A stretch of DNA of 64,000 nt from Hypanus sabinus (Eukaryota): contig NC_082710.1 in NCBI RefSeq assembly GCF_030144855.1, positions 121,148,001-121,212,000 on the forward strand, written 5' to 3'. The first letter of the stretch is position 1, and each line of letters starts with the position of its first letter. The position numbers and the translations under genes are program-made. Positions 24,396 to 37,197 of this stretch are shown one piece after another. The notes beneath the pieces are model-generated. The model was not told the DNA's origin and made no database searches. It was given only the letters and a program-made list of their open reading frames with translations.

Positions 24396-25821
24396 TGATA
24401 CTAGGCCAATAGTACAATTGGTTGTATAGGGCATTGAAGATGCATCCAATTACTTGTGCATCATTTTTGGACTTTGCATTACATCCATACTCTTGAGGAT
24501 TTATATTTGACATGGTCCATTACAAGTTCCTTCTCATATAGCCTTATGATGGAGTCATTCATATCTCTTCCTTAATTCTTCAACAAAACTCCACTGCAGC
24601 ATTGCAGCCACTCTTTCTGCTGATTGGCAATTGTTGACATTTTTCAGGTTAAATTCAAATAAAAAATGTTTTAGCAACTTTAGTCCACATTCTTTTTGAG
24701 AAACAAGAGTTTATATTGAAGATTAATTACTTTTCATCAAATGTCCTTCTGAAGTATAGTCTTTAACTGAAAAAAAAGTTTCTGCAATTGAAGTGTGAGC
24801 TGTTGAGGGCATTCAACAGGTTGCCTTTTTGTTATGAATTTCGAAGATCCACAACATGTTATTGAACATGTTCTTTAAATGGTGTGGGCTGTCTAATTTT
24901 AAGTAGGGCTGTCTAACCTTAATCATGGTCATTACTCATAAAATTTGGCTTTCTCCTCAAGTAATTTGCCAGTTAGCACTGTTACAATTGGAGAAATGTG
25001 CCAATCATGTAAATAAGAAGACAGCAATATATAGATTAAAAACAACACATGTATTAACATACAAGGTGATCCCTATATGCATTTTCAAAGGTTATCCAAT
25101 TTCCCCTGAAGTGATACCAGCGGGACATAGACTGGAGAGCATCTAACAATCATATTCCAGCATGTTATCTCCTTCGGTAAGCAATTTTAATTTCTGAACT
25201 GCTTTTTCCTGAAGTATTCAACTTTAAAGCACAAATTTATTTAAATACCTTCTTGCTTATAAGGAGAAGCAATGGGTGCATAATATTGTTCATAATACTA
25301 AAATGAGATTAATCTGTCTATCCCTTTGTACTTAAAATCAAAATGATGCCGATCAGTTAAATGTCCACCAAGATGAGAGTATGGAAATAGACTTTGGAAC
25401 TACCTATAATAGACATTATGTGATTCGATGGTGATAAATTTGTTCGAGATGATATTAATCTTTGATAATCGTGTTCTTATCAATCAAATATTTTGTCAAA
25501 ATCTGGTGTATCTCATTTGACTAATATATTGTGCTTCTAAATTACTGTGTTTGCTGAACGGAGAAGTGATTGATTTCTCCAAAATATTCTATTATTTAAA
25601 TATATACAATTTTGCATATCAAATGAAAGGCGTCTGTGGCATGAAATTGACATTGTGTCATTCTTTTTTTTTATCCTACCCTTACAAGTTTATCATGATA
25701 AAGGTAAATATGTTGACGTTCTATCTGAGTATAAAAGTTGCTTTCCTTAACTTACAGTTTGATTTTACATAAAAAATATTGAGTGATATTTTTATGTTGT
25801 GCATTAACTGATTTACTTAAT

Positions 25822-26250
25822 TAAAGTCATACAGCACTACAGCGTAGGAAGAGGCCTTTTGGCCCATCGGATCCATACTAGCCTAGCTGTACGCCTAGTC
25901 AACCTGCACCAGGACCATAGCTCTCCATACTTCACTTATCCATATACCTATCCAAACGTTTCTTAAATGCCACAGCTGAACCCACATCTACTACTTTCAC
26001 TGGCAACGTGTTCTGAGTGAAGTAGTTCCCCAACATATTCACCTTTCGCAGAAGATCTATGATCCATAGTTCTAGTCTCACTCATCCTGAGAAAGAAAAG
26101 TCAGCATGCATTCAACCTATCCATACCTCACATAACTTTGTAAACTTCTTTAAGATCTCCCCTTATGTTCATGCACTCCAGGAAATAAATTTCTATCTAT
26201 TCAACTGATCCTTGTAATCCAGATCCTTAAGTCCCGGTGACATCCGTGTT
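25822..26250 (-). mobile_element. CR1 3' end
   Basis: 'gtcatacagcactacagcgtaggaagaggccttttggccc' plus reverse ORF2 C-terminal motifs. Confidence 0.7.
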
Positions 26251-26317
26251 AATTTATATGTGAACTATATCTGATAGAAAGATCAGGGAATATCCTAGTT
26301 ATTACTTCTGAATTTTT

Positions 26318-26491
26318 CAGACTTGGATTTATTTATCATATATACATCAAAGTATACAAGGAATGCATCATTTGTGTAAACAACAAGCACGCCTAAGGAT
26401 ATGCTGGAGGCAGTCATAAGTGGTGCTGCACATTTGAGCACCAAAATAACATGCCCACAATGTTCTGCAGAACAGCACAAACAGTAGTAAC
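26318..26491 (-). mobile_element. Rex-tailed non-autonomous element, split by the Gypsy insertion (resumes at ~29049-29130)
   Basis: Shares 'ggatatgctggaggcag...catgcccacaa' with the Rex-tailed SINEs; the 'aacagc/aacaaaac'-rich body continues after the 3' LTR. Confidence 0.45.
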
Positions 26492-26691
26492 TGTGCTATT
26501 ATGTGTTCATAATGAAAAACTTAATTTCCCAGTGTGCAATGCAAGTGGTTCATCCAGAATCCAAAATGACAATGGTGAGGTGGTCGCGCACGTTTAAATC
26601 AAGCTGAAGCCATAACTGGAGTGCCGTGGAAGTAAATATATGCTGACGTTTTCACCCACACTGTTTATCTTTATCAAGACCAAACATAACA
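26492..26691 (+). repeat. 5' LTR of Gypsy element
   Basis: TGTGCTATTATG...CATAACA, homologous to 28858-29048. Confidence 0.85.
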
Positions 26692-26710
26692 TGGTCTCAG
26701 AATTCGGCAT
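26692..26710 (+). promoter_or_regulatory. Primer-binding site (tRNA-Leu-like)
   Basis: TGGTCTCAGAATTCGGCAT immediately after the 5' LTR; resembles TGGTGTCAGAAGTGGGAT. Confidence 0.6.
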
Positions 26711-28845
26711 GAGGTCTAAGTGCGGAGAATTAATGAACAACGTGTAGCTAAGAAAGAGATGCTTGTTCCGACAAGGAAAAAAAAGGCTGTGCTAGAAGCA
26801 AGTGAGGTAGGCGGTCAGCATAGGAATAGAGCACATTGTTTCAGAAGATCACCAGTTTCATAAGAGAAATTCAGGTGAGAGCCCAAAATAGATAACCTAA
26901 GTCCTCCTACACCTATGCAGTTTACCAGCAATATATCTGATAAATGGAAATGCTTCAAACAGTGATTCAATATGTATTTAGCGGTGAGCAGAGCCAGAGG
27001 AGTGTATGAAAAATTGAAAGCATCTATCTTTCAACATGTAATTGGCGAAGATGCTTCAGATATTTTTTCCAATTGATGAGAGAGCTTTACATTGGACACT
27101 CCAATGAAAAAAAAAATGAGGAGTACTTTCTCCCAAGTGAAAACATCCCTTATGAAAGAATTAACTCCTTTTCCTCTGACCAAAGTTTAGCTGAGCTGCA
27201 CAAACTGAGTAAGTCCTTTGAGTCTGTATGTTTGACAGACTCACTAGTTAAAGACAGAATGGTTCACGGAAGTTCAAATAATAGGTTTAAAGAAAGATTA
27301 GTGAAAAAAAATTAACGCTGGAGAAGGTTGTAGGTACGTGTAGGGCAGTGGAGACCACACGAGCATATGTTAAGGAACTGCACTGGGTAGAAACAATAGA
27401 GCATGCTGGGAAAACAAAGGGCAGAGCACAAGGCATTTCCAAGAGCAACAACAAGGCAAAGAGGCAGGCCCAAACAGTAACAGCAGCAAATATGGAGGTA
27501 GGACATCCCAAAGGCAAATTCTGCTTATGGAAAGTCTTGCAATCATTGTGGAAAGCAGATTCAGTTAGAAAAGTGCGGCTAAGCTGAAGCTACCAAAATG
27601 CACACTGTTGCTGAAGAAATGAAGGAAGTCATTGTGGATTCTCTACAGACTGCCAGTGCAAGTAAAACTGATTGGATTGTCCCAGTGACTGTGAATAAGG
27701 CAGTAATTCCATTCAAAATTGACACCAGAGCCCAAGTAAATCTATTATCAATGGATGATACAACTCTCAAAGTTAAGAGCAAGATTTACCCAGTGAAGTT
27801 AAAAGTGATAGGCTATACTGGAGAGAACACTTCAGTAAAAGGGAGCAGTGTAGTGACCTTCAAGCAAAAGGGACAGCACCTAAAGGCACATAAGATAAGA
27901 GAGTACAGGCATTATTAGGTCTGAGTGTATGTGAAAAGCTCAACCTGATGAAAGAGTGTTTGTAGTTGCCTCACAGGTTAAAGAGGACTACACAACACTC
28001 ATGGAAGATTATGCAGATGTCTTTGATCTGCTCAGATGCTTACTCGGCGTAAACTGAGAAACTCATAACAGCATCTATAAGAGGTTCAGGGAGGTTATGC
28101 ATGAGAAGAACAACCTTCCATTGGCATCCGTACCAGCTACAGTAGCATGACAATCAGGATGCCAGAGTTCAGCAGAGTGATCATAATGAGTAATTCACCA
28201 TATCACGCAGCATCAGTTCAAAATCTGTCTCTCATCGATTTCCAGTTAAAGACTGGGAATCAAAAATATCTCCACAATCCTCTCTGAAGTTGAAGAGGAA
28301 AAATATAAAGGAATATGGGGAGATCACACAGAGCCCAAAGTCAGAACAACACCAGCTCAACACAAACCAACACGGAGAGTTGCTATCTATGATATATATC
28401 CAACAGAAGGGACTCAGTGAATTGAGATAGAATCAGCTGGAACTTGTGCAAAGACTCACTGATCACATGGATGTAATTCAGGGCTCTATTATGAGGTATG
28501 TGGAGTGAATTATGGTCACACAACAAGAACAAGAACAGATATAAACAGATAAGATATTAATCTGTATATTAATAAGGATATTATAATAAGGATATTAAGG
28601 ATATAAGCTTGTACAGAGTTCTCAGAAATACACTAATATTAACACAGCAAGTGAAATCCATACATCTGTGGAAACAAATAGCAGATCAAAAAGGATAATC
28701 TGAGCACCTCAGAGATGGCTTGAGAGTTATTGAGTGAATTAAGGGCTGTATTTGCTCATTACAATTGAAATTAATGTAAATGTCTTTGTTGTAAAGGATT
28801 ATTGTTTCTTGCAAGGTTATGAAGACATAGTATTGTGTTTGTTTT

Positions 28846-29048
28846 AAAGGGGGAAGATGTGTTATTATGTGTAAACATAATAAAGAACTTCATTTCCCAG
28901 AGGGCAATGTAAGGGTTTCACCCAGATCAGGAAGTGATACTGGTGAGCTGGTTGCACACGTTCAAGTTGAACTGAAGCCATGACTGGAGGTTCTTGTAAA
29001 TAAATATGTGATAGCATTTTACTCATTTACTAAAAACAAACATAATCA
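28846..29048 (+). repeat. Polypurine tract (28846-28857) and 3' LTR (28858-29048)
   Basis: AAAGGGGGAAGA followed by TGTGTTATTATG...CATAATCA. Confidence 0.85.
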
Positions 29049-29824
29049 CAATAATAACAAAACAAGGCAGCAACAGCAACGCAAGCCCTTTTTTCATCCC
29101 TCCCATACTCAGACAGGCCTCCAATTCTTAGAGAACTGGATGTGCTTCTTCTGATTGTCTAGGAAATAAACACAAACTATATCTTACTGAAATAGTTACA
29201 GTACTGAGAATATCTACATCCACAGAAAGAACAGATCACCAGCAAACAAGTATATAAGGGCTGTGGTGTGAATTCCTAACTGCTGCAAGTTGTTCAACAA
29301 CAATAACCTCATAAAAATGGCAACTTACTCATTACCTGCCAGTGAATTTTATGAAGTTACTCCATTAGCACATTAAATGGCATCTGAAATAATAATTAAA
29401 AAGAACACCTGTAATGATGAGCTTCAGTACACTTTTAACAACAGGATAATGGTTAATGATTGCCAATCAATCACGCCTGCACATGAAATGAATAATTATT
29501 ACAAGACTGGAGTCTCATTCATTCAAGTAGGTCATAAAGTTTAAAAATGAAGACATTCCATGTGTTTTAATCAAACATATTTTATCCTTCTCTTTAGCTA
29601 TCTTTCTGTACTTGGTTCGACATTAAATTCACCAACTCTAATTTACCTTTCTTCTCAGTCTCTTCACTGCCTATTTCTCAGTCCTTAAATCTCCTTAGTT
29701 AATTATATTGTTCATCATTGTTCTAGTTCCAGGATGTCTTACTACCCTCATTAGTACTTTCAACAGCTTTTGAAAAAACAATATTTTTTTCAACAACTTC
29801 CTGGCATCTTGCCCATTCCTTTCC

Positions 29825-30010
29825 AGTTCTGATGAACATCAACCATTTATTCATGTCCAGAGATCATGCTTGACCTGCTGAGTTCCTCCAGTGTTTTATG
29901 TGCATCACTTAACATTTTCTTGAAACCTGAAAAAAATGGAAACATTGAGCAGGTTAGGCAGTACCAATAGAAAGAGAAAGACAGGAACTTTTTTAGGTCA
30001 GGAACTTTTA
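29825..30010. mobile_element. Two short Penelope-like terminal fragments in opposite orientation
   Basis: Plus 'ctgatgaac...gacctgctgagttcctccagtg' (29830-29900); minus 'gaaacattgagcaggttaggcagtacc' (29938-30005). Confidence 0.5.
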
Positions 30011-30164
30011 ATCAGAATTCCATCTTTTTTATACCATATACTGTATAGGTGAAAATAGGATGGAAACTAGCAGTGAAGGTGAACATCTTTTGAGTTCCAT
30101 TTGAGTACAAGAAGCAGTACCATTGCAGGGATTGATGTACTGGATCAAGAGAGGGAGTGAATGA

Positions 30165-30720
30165 CATGTCGGTCCAAGGGCTCCTCTTGTGCCAGAAACA
30201 GGCCACCCTCAGGTTGGACAAACAACATCTTATATTCCATTTGGGTATCCTTCCACTTGATGGCATGAACATTAATTTCTCAAACTTCTGGTAATTGCCA
30301 TCTCATTTTCCTACTCCTTCACCATTCCCCATTCCCACTTCCCTCTCCCACCTTATCTCTTTACCTGCCCATCACCTCCTCTCTCTTCCTTTTCTTCCAT
30401 GGTCATCTGTCCCCTCCTATTAGATTCACCCTTCTACAACCCTTTACCTCTTTCAAGAGTCGACTTCCCAGTTCTTTTCTTCACTCCTCCCCCTCTCCTG
30501 ATTTCACCTATTACCTACAACCTTGTACTTCTTCCTCTCCACCCCTCATCTTCTTACTCTGACTTCTCATCTCTTTTTTTTTATCTAGCTCTGATGAAGG
30601 GTCTTGGCTCAAAACATCAACTGTTTACTCTTTTCCACAGATGCTTCCTGGCCTTCTAAGTTCCTCCGGCATTTTGTGTGTATTTTTTTGATTTCCAATA
30701 CTAGCAGATTTTGTCTTGTT
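30165..30720 (+). mobile_element. Penelope-like element 3' end (GIY-YIG C-terminus + pseudo-LTR)
   Basis: Encodes ATLRLDKQHLIFHLGILPLDGMNINFSNFW*, the end of a PLE GIY-YIG domain; pyrimidine-rich UTR; hammerhead motif. Confidence 0.8.
30586..30623 (+). ncRNA. Relic minimal type-I hammerhead ribozyme
   Basis: agct-CTGATGA-agggtcttggctc-AAAAC-ATC-aact; CUGAUGA intact, GAAA box mutated to AAAA. Confidence 0.6.
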
Positions 30721-31409
30721 TGAGAGTGAGTAGGCCTGAGTAGAGCTGAAACAAAAACCACTCTATATATCTCAAGACTCACATAAATTGAGTCCATGTA
30801 AGTGGCCATTTTTGAAAAAACAATCTTTCTGCAAATAAGATATCTGCAAAGTCACTTTTCCTTGACATCCCACTCTGAATGAACTCTCTGTGTTTATCTG
30901 CATTGTTTTATTGAAACAGAATATAACCTTGAGGAAATAGACGGAATCACTCCAACCTTACAGATTCGGTTTTAGATAACTAACTTCCACTGTTTGCCTG
31001 TTGTTTTGTGGACCATCCATCAATAATATTGACTCAGATATTTCTCTTTCCACTACAACCAGTACTTATGTATTTCCTAAGTACTGCATTTTATAGCATT
31101 TATACATCAGTTTGTTTCTGTTATCTTTCTATAACCTCCCTTATTAATCCCTCAAACAGTTGGTTTAGTCAACAGCATATTACCACCACAACCCAGGCCT
31201 CTGCTAATGAAGTGGATTCCTTTGAGTTACCTTTAGCCTCTCTGCAACTCAAAACTTCCTTATTGTCTCTCAAAGGTGTTTTATGTGAAATGTTAATTTG
31301 ATCTTTTACTGAACCTGTGGGTTGTTTCAAGATTTCTTATTTTTCTAACAATTTCCTCCCACCTAGCCCTCCATTTTTCTTTCACTTGTATGCCTGTGTA
31401 AGAGTCAGT

Positions 31410-32760
31410 AATATATCTGCTGCCCCAGCAGTGCAATCCATGCAGTTACCACTCACTGTGTAGAAGAAAAAAACTACCTCTTATATACTGCCTATACTTC
31501 ACTGCTTTAACTTAAACAGGTGTTCTCTCTTATTAGACACAGCTGTCCTGGAATAGATGCACTGGCTGTCCACTCTTCTAAGACCCCTATCATCTTATAT
31601 AACACAGTCTTGTCACCCCTTATCCTCTCCAGCACAACCTGTCCTCATAAGCCATGCTCTCTAATCCAGGCAGCATCCTGGTAAATCTCCTCTGCATGCT
31701 CTTTAAATCTCCCACATCATTGCTATAATGAGGTGACCAGAACTAAAGACAATACTCCAAGTGTGGTCCAACCAATGCTTTATTAATCTGTAACATTAAC
31801 TTCCAGCTACTGGACTCAATTCCCCAACTAATGAAAGCCAACACAACATATAACTTCCTAACAACCATATAAACTTGAGCTGCAGCTTTGATGGATCTAT
31901 GAACTTGGACCTCAAGATCCCTCAGTTCCTTCATACTCCTAGTAATTCTATAATTAACCTTGTACAATGCCTTCGGGTTCAATCATATGAAGTGTATCAT
32001 TTCACAATTTTACAGGTTGAACTCCATCTGCCACTTCTCAGTCCAGCTCTGCCTCCTGTAAACAGTCTGTGTAACCTACGATTACCTTATGTACCATCCA
32101 CAAAACCACCAATACTTTGGTCATCTGCAAATCTACCCTTCAACTTCCTCGCTTATGTCATTTATATAAATTACAACAGCAGGGGTCCCGGAGCAGATCC
32201 TCGCAGAATACCAGGAGTCAAGGACTTCAGACAGAACACATTACATTGATGCCCTCCCTCTGCCTTCTGCAATGTTGTTGCCATTCCAAACTGACTGGGG
32301 TCTGCAAGCAAGGAAATAAAGGATCCAATTGCAGTTGATGTGACAATAACTATATTATTTTAGTACTTTTCCAAAATCTGCTTACCAATCTGCTCTCTGA
32401 GTATCTTTGTTGCCTGTAAAATACTCCCAATAGAGCAATTACTCTCTTCCTTTTTCTGACTTCCACACACACAGACTCAGAAGACGATCCCAGAACATCC
32501 AGCACCATTCCTGCCCTTGTGACAGCTAAGTCTCTGTAATGGCAACACCAAAGTAATTCCATGTACCGATCCATGCTCGAAGTTCATCACCCTTGTTTCT
32601 GATAATTCTCACATTAAAACAGATACATTTCAACCCATCCCAACTGACTGCTATTATACCCTATCCATTTCCTCACAGCCACTCTACACATTGCATCTAC
32701 CTTTAAATAAAATGCTCCATCATTTGACCAACTGCTTTTGTTCCCATCCTACTGCCTACC
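31410..32760 (-). mobile_element. CR1 LINE fragments (EN + RT + 3' part)
   Basis: ORFs 31743..31982 (LVGPHLEYC) and 32350..32574 (SESVCVEVR..LGVFYR). Confidence 0.8.
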
Positions 32761-33544
32761 TAGTTTATATCTTGTTGGTTCTCTTGCAAACAATTTAAAT
32801 TAGAAAACCACTTCTAGTTTACTTATAATCTGACTGAGTCTTGAAAGAGCAGTCAACAATCAGTTCCACAATCCCTTTTTAAAAGAGGTCTATTTTCATA
32901 AACAGGCAAACACACTGGATACCCAGAGATAGGACATGTGTAAATGAAGCCACCAACATCATTGTGTTACTAACTGACTATAATAGGTTCTTTAAAATGA
33001 AAGCAGAATCCTTTGACTAGAAAGAATACATTCCTTTAAAGGAATCTTGCCTGAATAAAGTGACATTGTTAAAAGAAAGCACATTGATTCTGTTCATCAA
33101 AATCTCCTCAAGCAATGGAAGTGGAGCAAATGTTAATATCTCATTTTTTACCAAGGTAAAAGTGTGAAAATAATATAATTCCTAAAAAAACTTGTAGGGG
33201 TTGGTTTTCCCCCTCCTAAATATGTAGGCCAGTAATTGAAGAACTGCTGATTTTGCACAAGATCTGAATAGAATTTTTTCAAGTAAATTATGAGAAAACA
33301 ATCTAATTGCTTCTTCAATGGTGAAATGCATTTGTGGTAAAATGCCTCTGCTTGTGATTGAAATATCACTGTAACTTTAATACAAGTGTTGTCACTGTGA
33401 TTCTATTCCTTTCCTCCCCAAACCTCTCTATTGCTAGCTGAACTTTGCATAGACTTACAAAACTATAAAGAGTGAATCCACCAATGTTCTTTCACACAAA
33501 TAACTTTTGAAGTGAAAGAGAAGATTGGTACCTTGGTTGGCTGC

Positions 33545-33700
33545 TTGTTTGTAGGATTACTTGCGAAGCCTGGAGGGTAGGTTGCAAATGTTTCATCAGT
33601 AGTCGAGTGCCATCATCGGTACGCTGTTGAGTGTTGCTTCTGCTGAGTATTCATCTTTATATTGGTCTGACTCAGTGCTCTGATTGGTTGGCTATTGTGA
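33545..33700 (-). mobile_element. Second Penelope-like family terminal segment with decayed hammerhead (33581-33624)
   Basis: Minus strand: gcgta-CCGATGA-tggcactcgactactgat-GAAAC-ATT-tgc. Confidence 0.5.
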
Positions 33701-33927
33701 TGGCCACTTGTCTCCGCTGTGTCCCAGCCAACTGGATAGCTGACCCGTCATACGACTCCTCATCACTAAGCAGGTCATCCTACCCATCTATAGATTCAGC
33801 GGGAAGAGTGGCTGTGCTTGCATACTTCACAGGGGCTTTGGTTCTCTTGGGTTCAACTGGGACACTATCAATGTGATCAGGTTTTGGCTTTGTGGACCAC
33901 AGATTCATTACAACACAACTGCAACAG

Positions 33928-34205
33928 GAATGGTGCGGTGGTTAGTATGATGCTATCACAGCTCAGAGTGTTGGAGTTCGGAGTTGGGGTAATGAGTTTA
34001 TATGTGAATGTGTGGGTTTCCTCCAGATGTTCTGGTTTCCTCCCACAATGCAAAGCTGTACTGGTTAGTAGGTTGAATGGTCATTGTAAATTTTCCTGTG
34101 ACTAGGCTAGAGTTAAATGAGTTACACAAATGGATTACTCGGTGGCATGCCTCATTGAATCAGAAGGGCCTGTTCCACATTGTATCACTAAATAAAAATA
34201 AATAA
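33928..34205 (+). mobile_element. V-SINE/HE1-like SINE with CR1-type tail
   Basis: A box 'tggtgcggtgg', B box 'ggagttcggag', V-domain 'tctggtttcctcccacaatgcaaag', tail 'gaagggcctgttccacattgtatcactaaataaa'. Confidence 0.75.
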
Positions 34206-34716
34206 CTCCCCAGCATCATTATGCACGTACAGTTAGCCATCCTTCCCAGATGCTTGAAGATAGATTATTAACAGTATATTGCAGGTATGTATGTTACTTA
34301 TGTTGAATTATTGAGCTGCTTACTTTGTCCAGATGACTATCTCATTTCTGAGTTGCTTAATTGCATTGGATTATCATTTCAACGCTAAGTTTTCCAATTT
34401 GGTATCCTCAGCAAACTTAACCACTTAATGCTGAATGAGTCAGGTGAAATTTCATCCAGCTATTTGTCAAAAACTATTGATATTTCTTCAGCTCTGTTCT
34501 GATTGCTATCACCATTCTGCCAAGGAGGTGCAGAATGAGAAGCAAGCTCTTTGTGCTCAGAGGGATTCTTGACTGTTCATAAGTGAAGTATTGGAAAGAT
34601 GCCCAGGATGTTATATTCCTACTCATTACATTTCTCATATTTAGCTTATTTCAGTGTGATTGTAGCTGCACCATAACAACCAGAACACATGAGGAATTCA
34701 GTCATTATATATTGTA

Positions 34717-36118
34717 CAGTGCTTTGAAAAAGTATTTATCCCCAAACTCTTTGTTCACATGAATGACAATTGCCACCAGAGATTTTCAAAAATTTGGCTC
34801 AGATATCGTATTTGTGAATCACAGGCTCTTTTTTTCACAGCGGAGTAAGAAAAAACAATGAAAATTGTAAAGCATGAAAAACTAAAAGTACAGTAATAGA
34901 AATGTCAGCAGTTCAAAAATATGCATACCTTTTCCTCATTACTTAGTTGAACCACCTCTCACAGCTATTATAGCCAGAAGTCTATTTAGATAAGTCTTTA
35001 TTAGCTTTGCACAATGTGATGGAGCAAGATTTTCTCATTTCTCCCTGCAAAACTGATCAAGCTGTGATAGATTATTTAGGAAGTGGTGGTAAACAGTAAA
35101 CTTGAGGTCTTGCCAGAGATGTTTGATTGGGTTAAGGGCATTCAATGACATAAACTTTCTTCATTTGAAGCCAGTCTGTGGTTGCACTACCAGTGTACTT
35201 TGGGTTGTTGTCTTGCTTAAAGACAAACTTCCTCCCCAGTTTAAGCTTTTTGGCAGAGACAAGCAAGTTTTTATCTAGGATCTCTGTATTTAGCAGCATG
35301 CATCTTTCCATCAATCCCAACCAGAGTTTCAATCCTTACTGCTGGAAATCATTCCCATAGCATAATACTATTTCCACCATACTTTACAGTAGGGATGTTG
35401 TTAACTGACTAATGCACTGTATTAGATCTACACCACACATACCGCTTGGTGTTAATGTAAACATTTTCCACTTTAATCTCAGCCAACCACAAGAACTTCT
35501 TCCACAACCTTACAGTATCTTCAAGTGATGCTTTGTAAACTCTTTATGGGGAAGCATATGTTTTTCTTTTAGCAAAGGCCTTTTCCTTCTCACTCTTCCA
35601 TAAGTACCCTTTTTGGGCAAGGCCTTCGAGCCAAGAACTTCATCTCCACTGAAGCCATTGACTTCTGCAGCTCTCTCAGAGTGCCTGTTGGCATCACAGT
35701 AGCCTTTCTTGCAAGTGCTATTTTTCTCCAGTGACTATGCCTGTGGTTTCATATTTTTTCCACTTTTTAATGGGCTGCATTGAGCTCTGAGGTGCATATG
35801 TGCAGTGTCTTTGAAATGGTCTCATACCCTTCCCCCGATTTTGTGCTTCATATTATTATCATTTCCCTAATTTCTCTTGAATGTTCTTTTTCTCAATTTT
35901 GGTTTGATCTATTACAAAGCTACCATACTGTTGTACCTTACAGAGAGAGGGGGTATTTATACTTATGAATTCAATGAAAATAGGTGATCCTATTTTCTAC
36001 ATTAACAATTTGGTAAGGTAATATACAGTATTATACTTGAGAGAAGTTAGCATAGTAATTACAAAGGGGATGAATACTTTTACAGCCTCATAATTTTGGT
36101 TTCTAATTTTCAATTTGG
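34717..36118 (-). mobile_element. Tc1-like DNA transposon relic (IR/DR type)
   Basis: TA|CAGTG terminus at 34715-34721; direct repeats at ~34724 and ~34912, inverted copy at ~36063; ORF 35132..35332 FVFKQDNNPKYT (QDNDPKH motif). Confidence 0.8.
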
Positions 36119-37197
36119 AACAATCAAAGAAGAGAAAAGGTAAATACCCAGAATAAAGGTCTGTGCTGTCCAGGTATTCTTCATGTTCCCGATATGATCT
36201 CCACATATCTGACATGGGGTCCTTTACCTCCACGATAGTTGGTTTCTGGAGAGCTGTCACTTCTTGTGTTTCCAAAATCCTTCAATCTTATTTATTTCCT
36301 TATCAGATGAAATTGTACTGTTTCAACCTCTTGGCTCAAGGTCATCTGACTAACCTGTGTTCAGCTTCTGATTAGAAGAGGCCTAAGGACACAAGCAGTA
36401 TTACTTGCAGCTCTTCCTCTTTCTATGTTCTGTGCAAATCAGACTGGTTCAAACCAGTCCAACCGGGTCAGCCAAATGCTCCGCTCAGCTGATCAGATCA
36501 GAGGCTGTTCCTTCTGCATACCTGCCATTTTACATAATCAACGGCTTCCTATCTGAAAGTGGTCAGAATGAGAATGCTTTCCATCATAAAATTAAGTGAC
36601 GAAGATAACTTGGTATCTAGGGAGAGTAAAGAGAATAGCAGTGAGACTGAAATCAATTGCAGTCTACAAAACTCTAAAGAATTGAGGTTGATGAATATAA
36701 CGGTGCCCTTTCTTGAGCACTGCGCTACACTAAACTTTAATTTTTGCCTGTGATTGTAAGTATGCTTTCTTTAAGGAGTTAGTGCTCTTCTGAAGAACCC
36801 TGTTCCTCTGGTGCAATCATTCTCTGTGGATATCTATTTGTAGAAGTTTTCTGCTCTTTTTTTGAGGAAATATGTTACGAATGAGCAGGCAGCATATTGC
36901 ATTATATAGTGATGTTTCGGATGTGAAGAAGGGGCTTCGAGGATGCATTGTAAGATTGTGAAGGACAGCCAGAAGATTTTTTTTTGTCTGAACAAATGAG
37001 TTTAATTCTGAAGATTTGGGAACTGCAGGCAGAGCTGACACTTGTAAACCATTCCTAACTGTCTACAAAAGATGGTAAAGGGGCCTTCTTCTTGAAGTTG
37101 TGAATCTGATCCCACCATGCATTTAGATAGAGAGCTCCTCAACCTTAACCAATATTTAAATCAAAAAAAAATTCCACTTATTTCAATACTGTTTATT

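Larger units (their letters stand above)
26492..29048 (+). mobile_element. Old, internally deleted Gypsy LTR retrotransposon (gag + protease relics; RT/IN missing)
   Basis: Two ~200-bp LTRs; PBS and PPT present; gag relic (LSPPTPMQF..N.SDKWK.FKQ, DSLVKDRMVHG); protease FKIDTRAQVNLL (27598..27918). Confidence 0.85.

Noticed and set aside
35997-36375. ORFs next to the Tc1 end that look protein-like (METQEVTALQKP...; a CQICGDH peptide in another frame)
   Set aside because: No recognisable domain, no strong splice pair, and the ORF runs into the Tc1 terminal repeat. It cannot be supported as an exon without RNA-seq.
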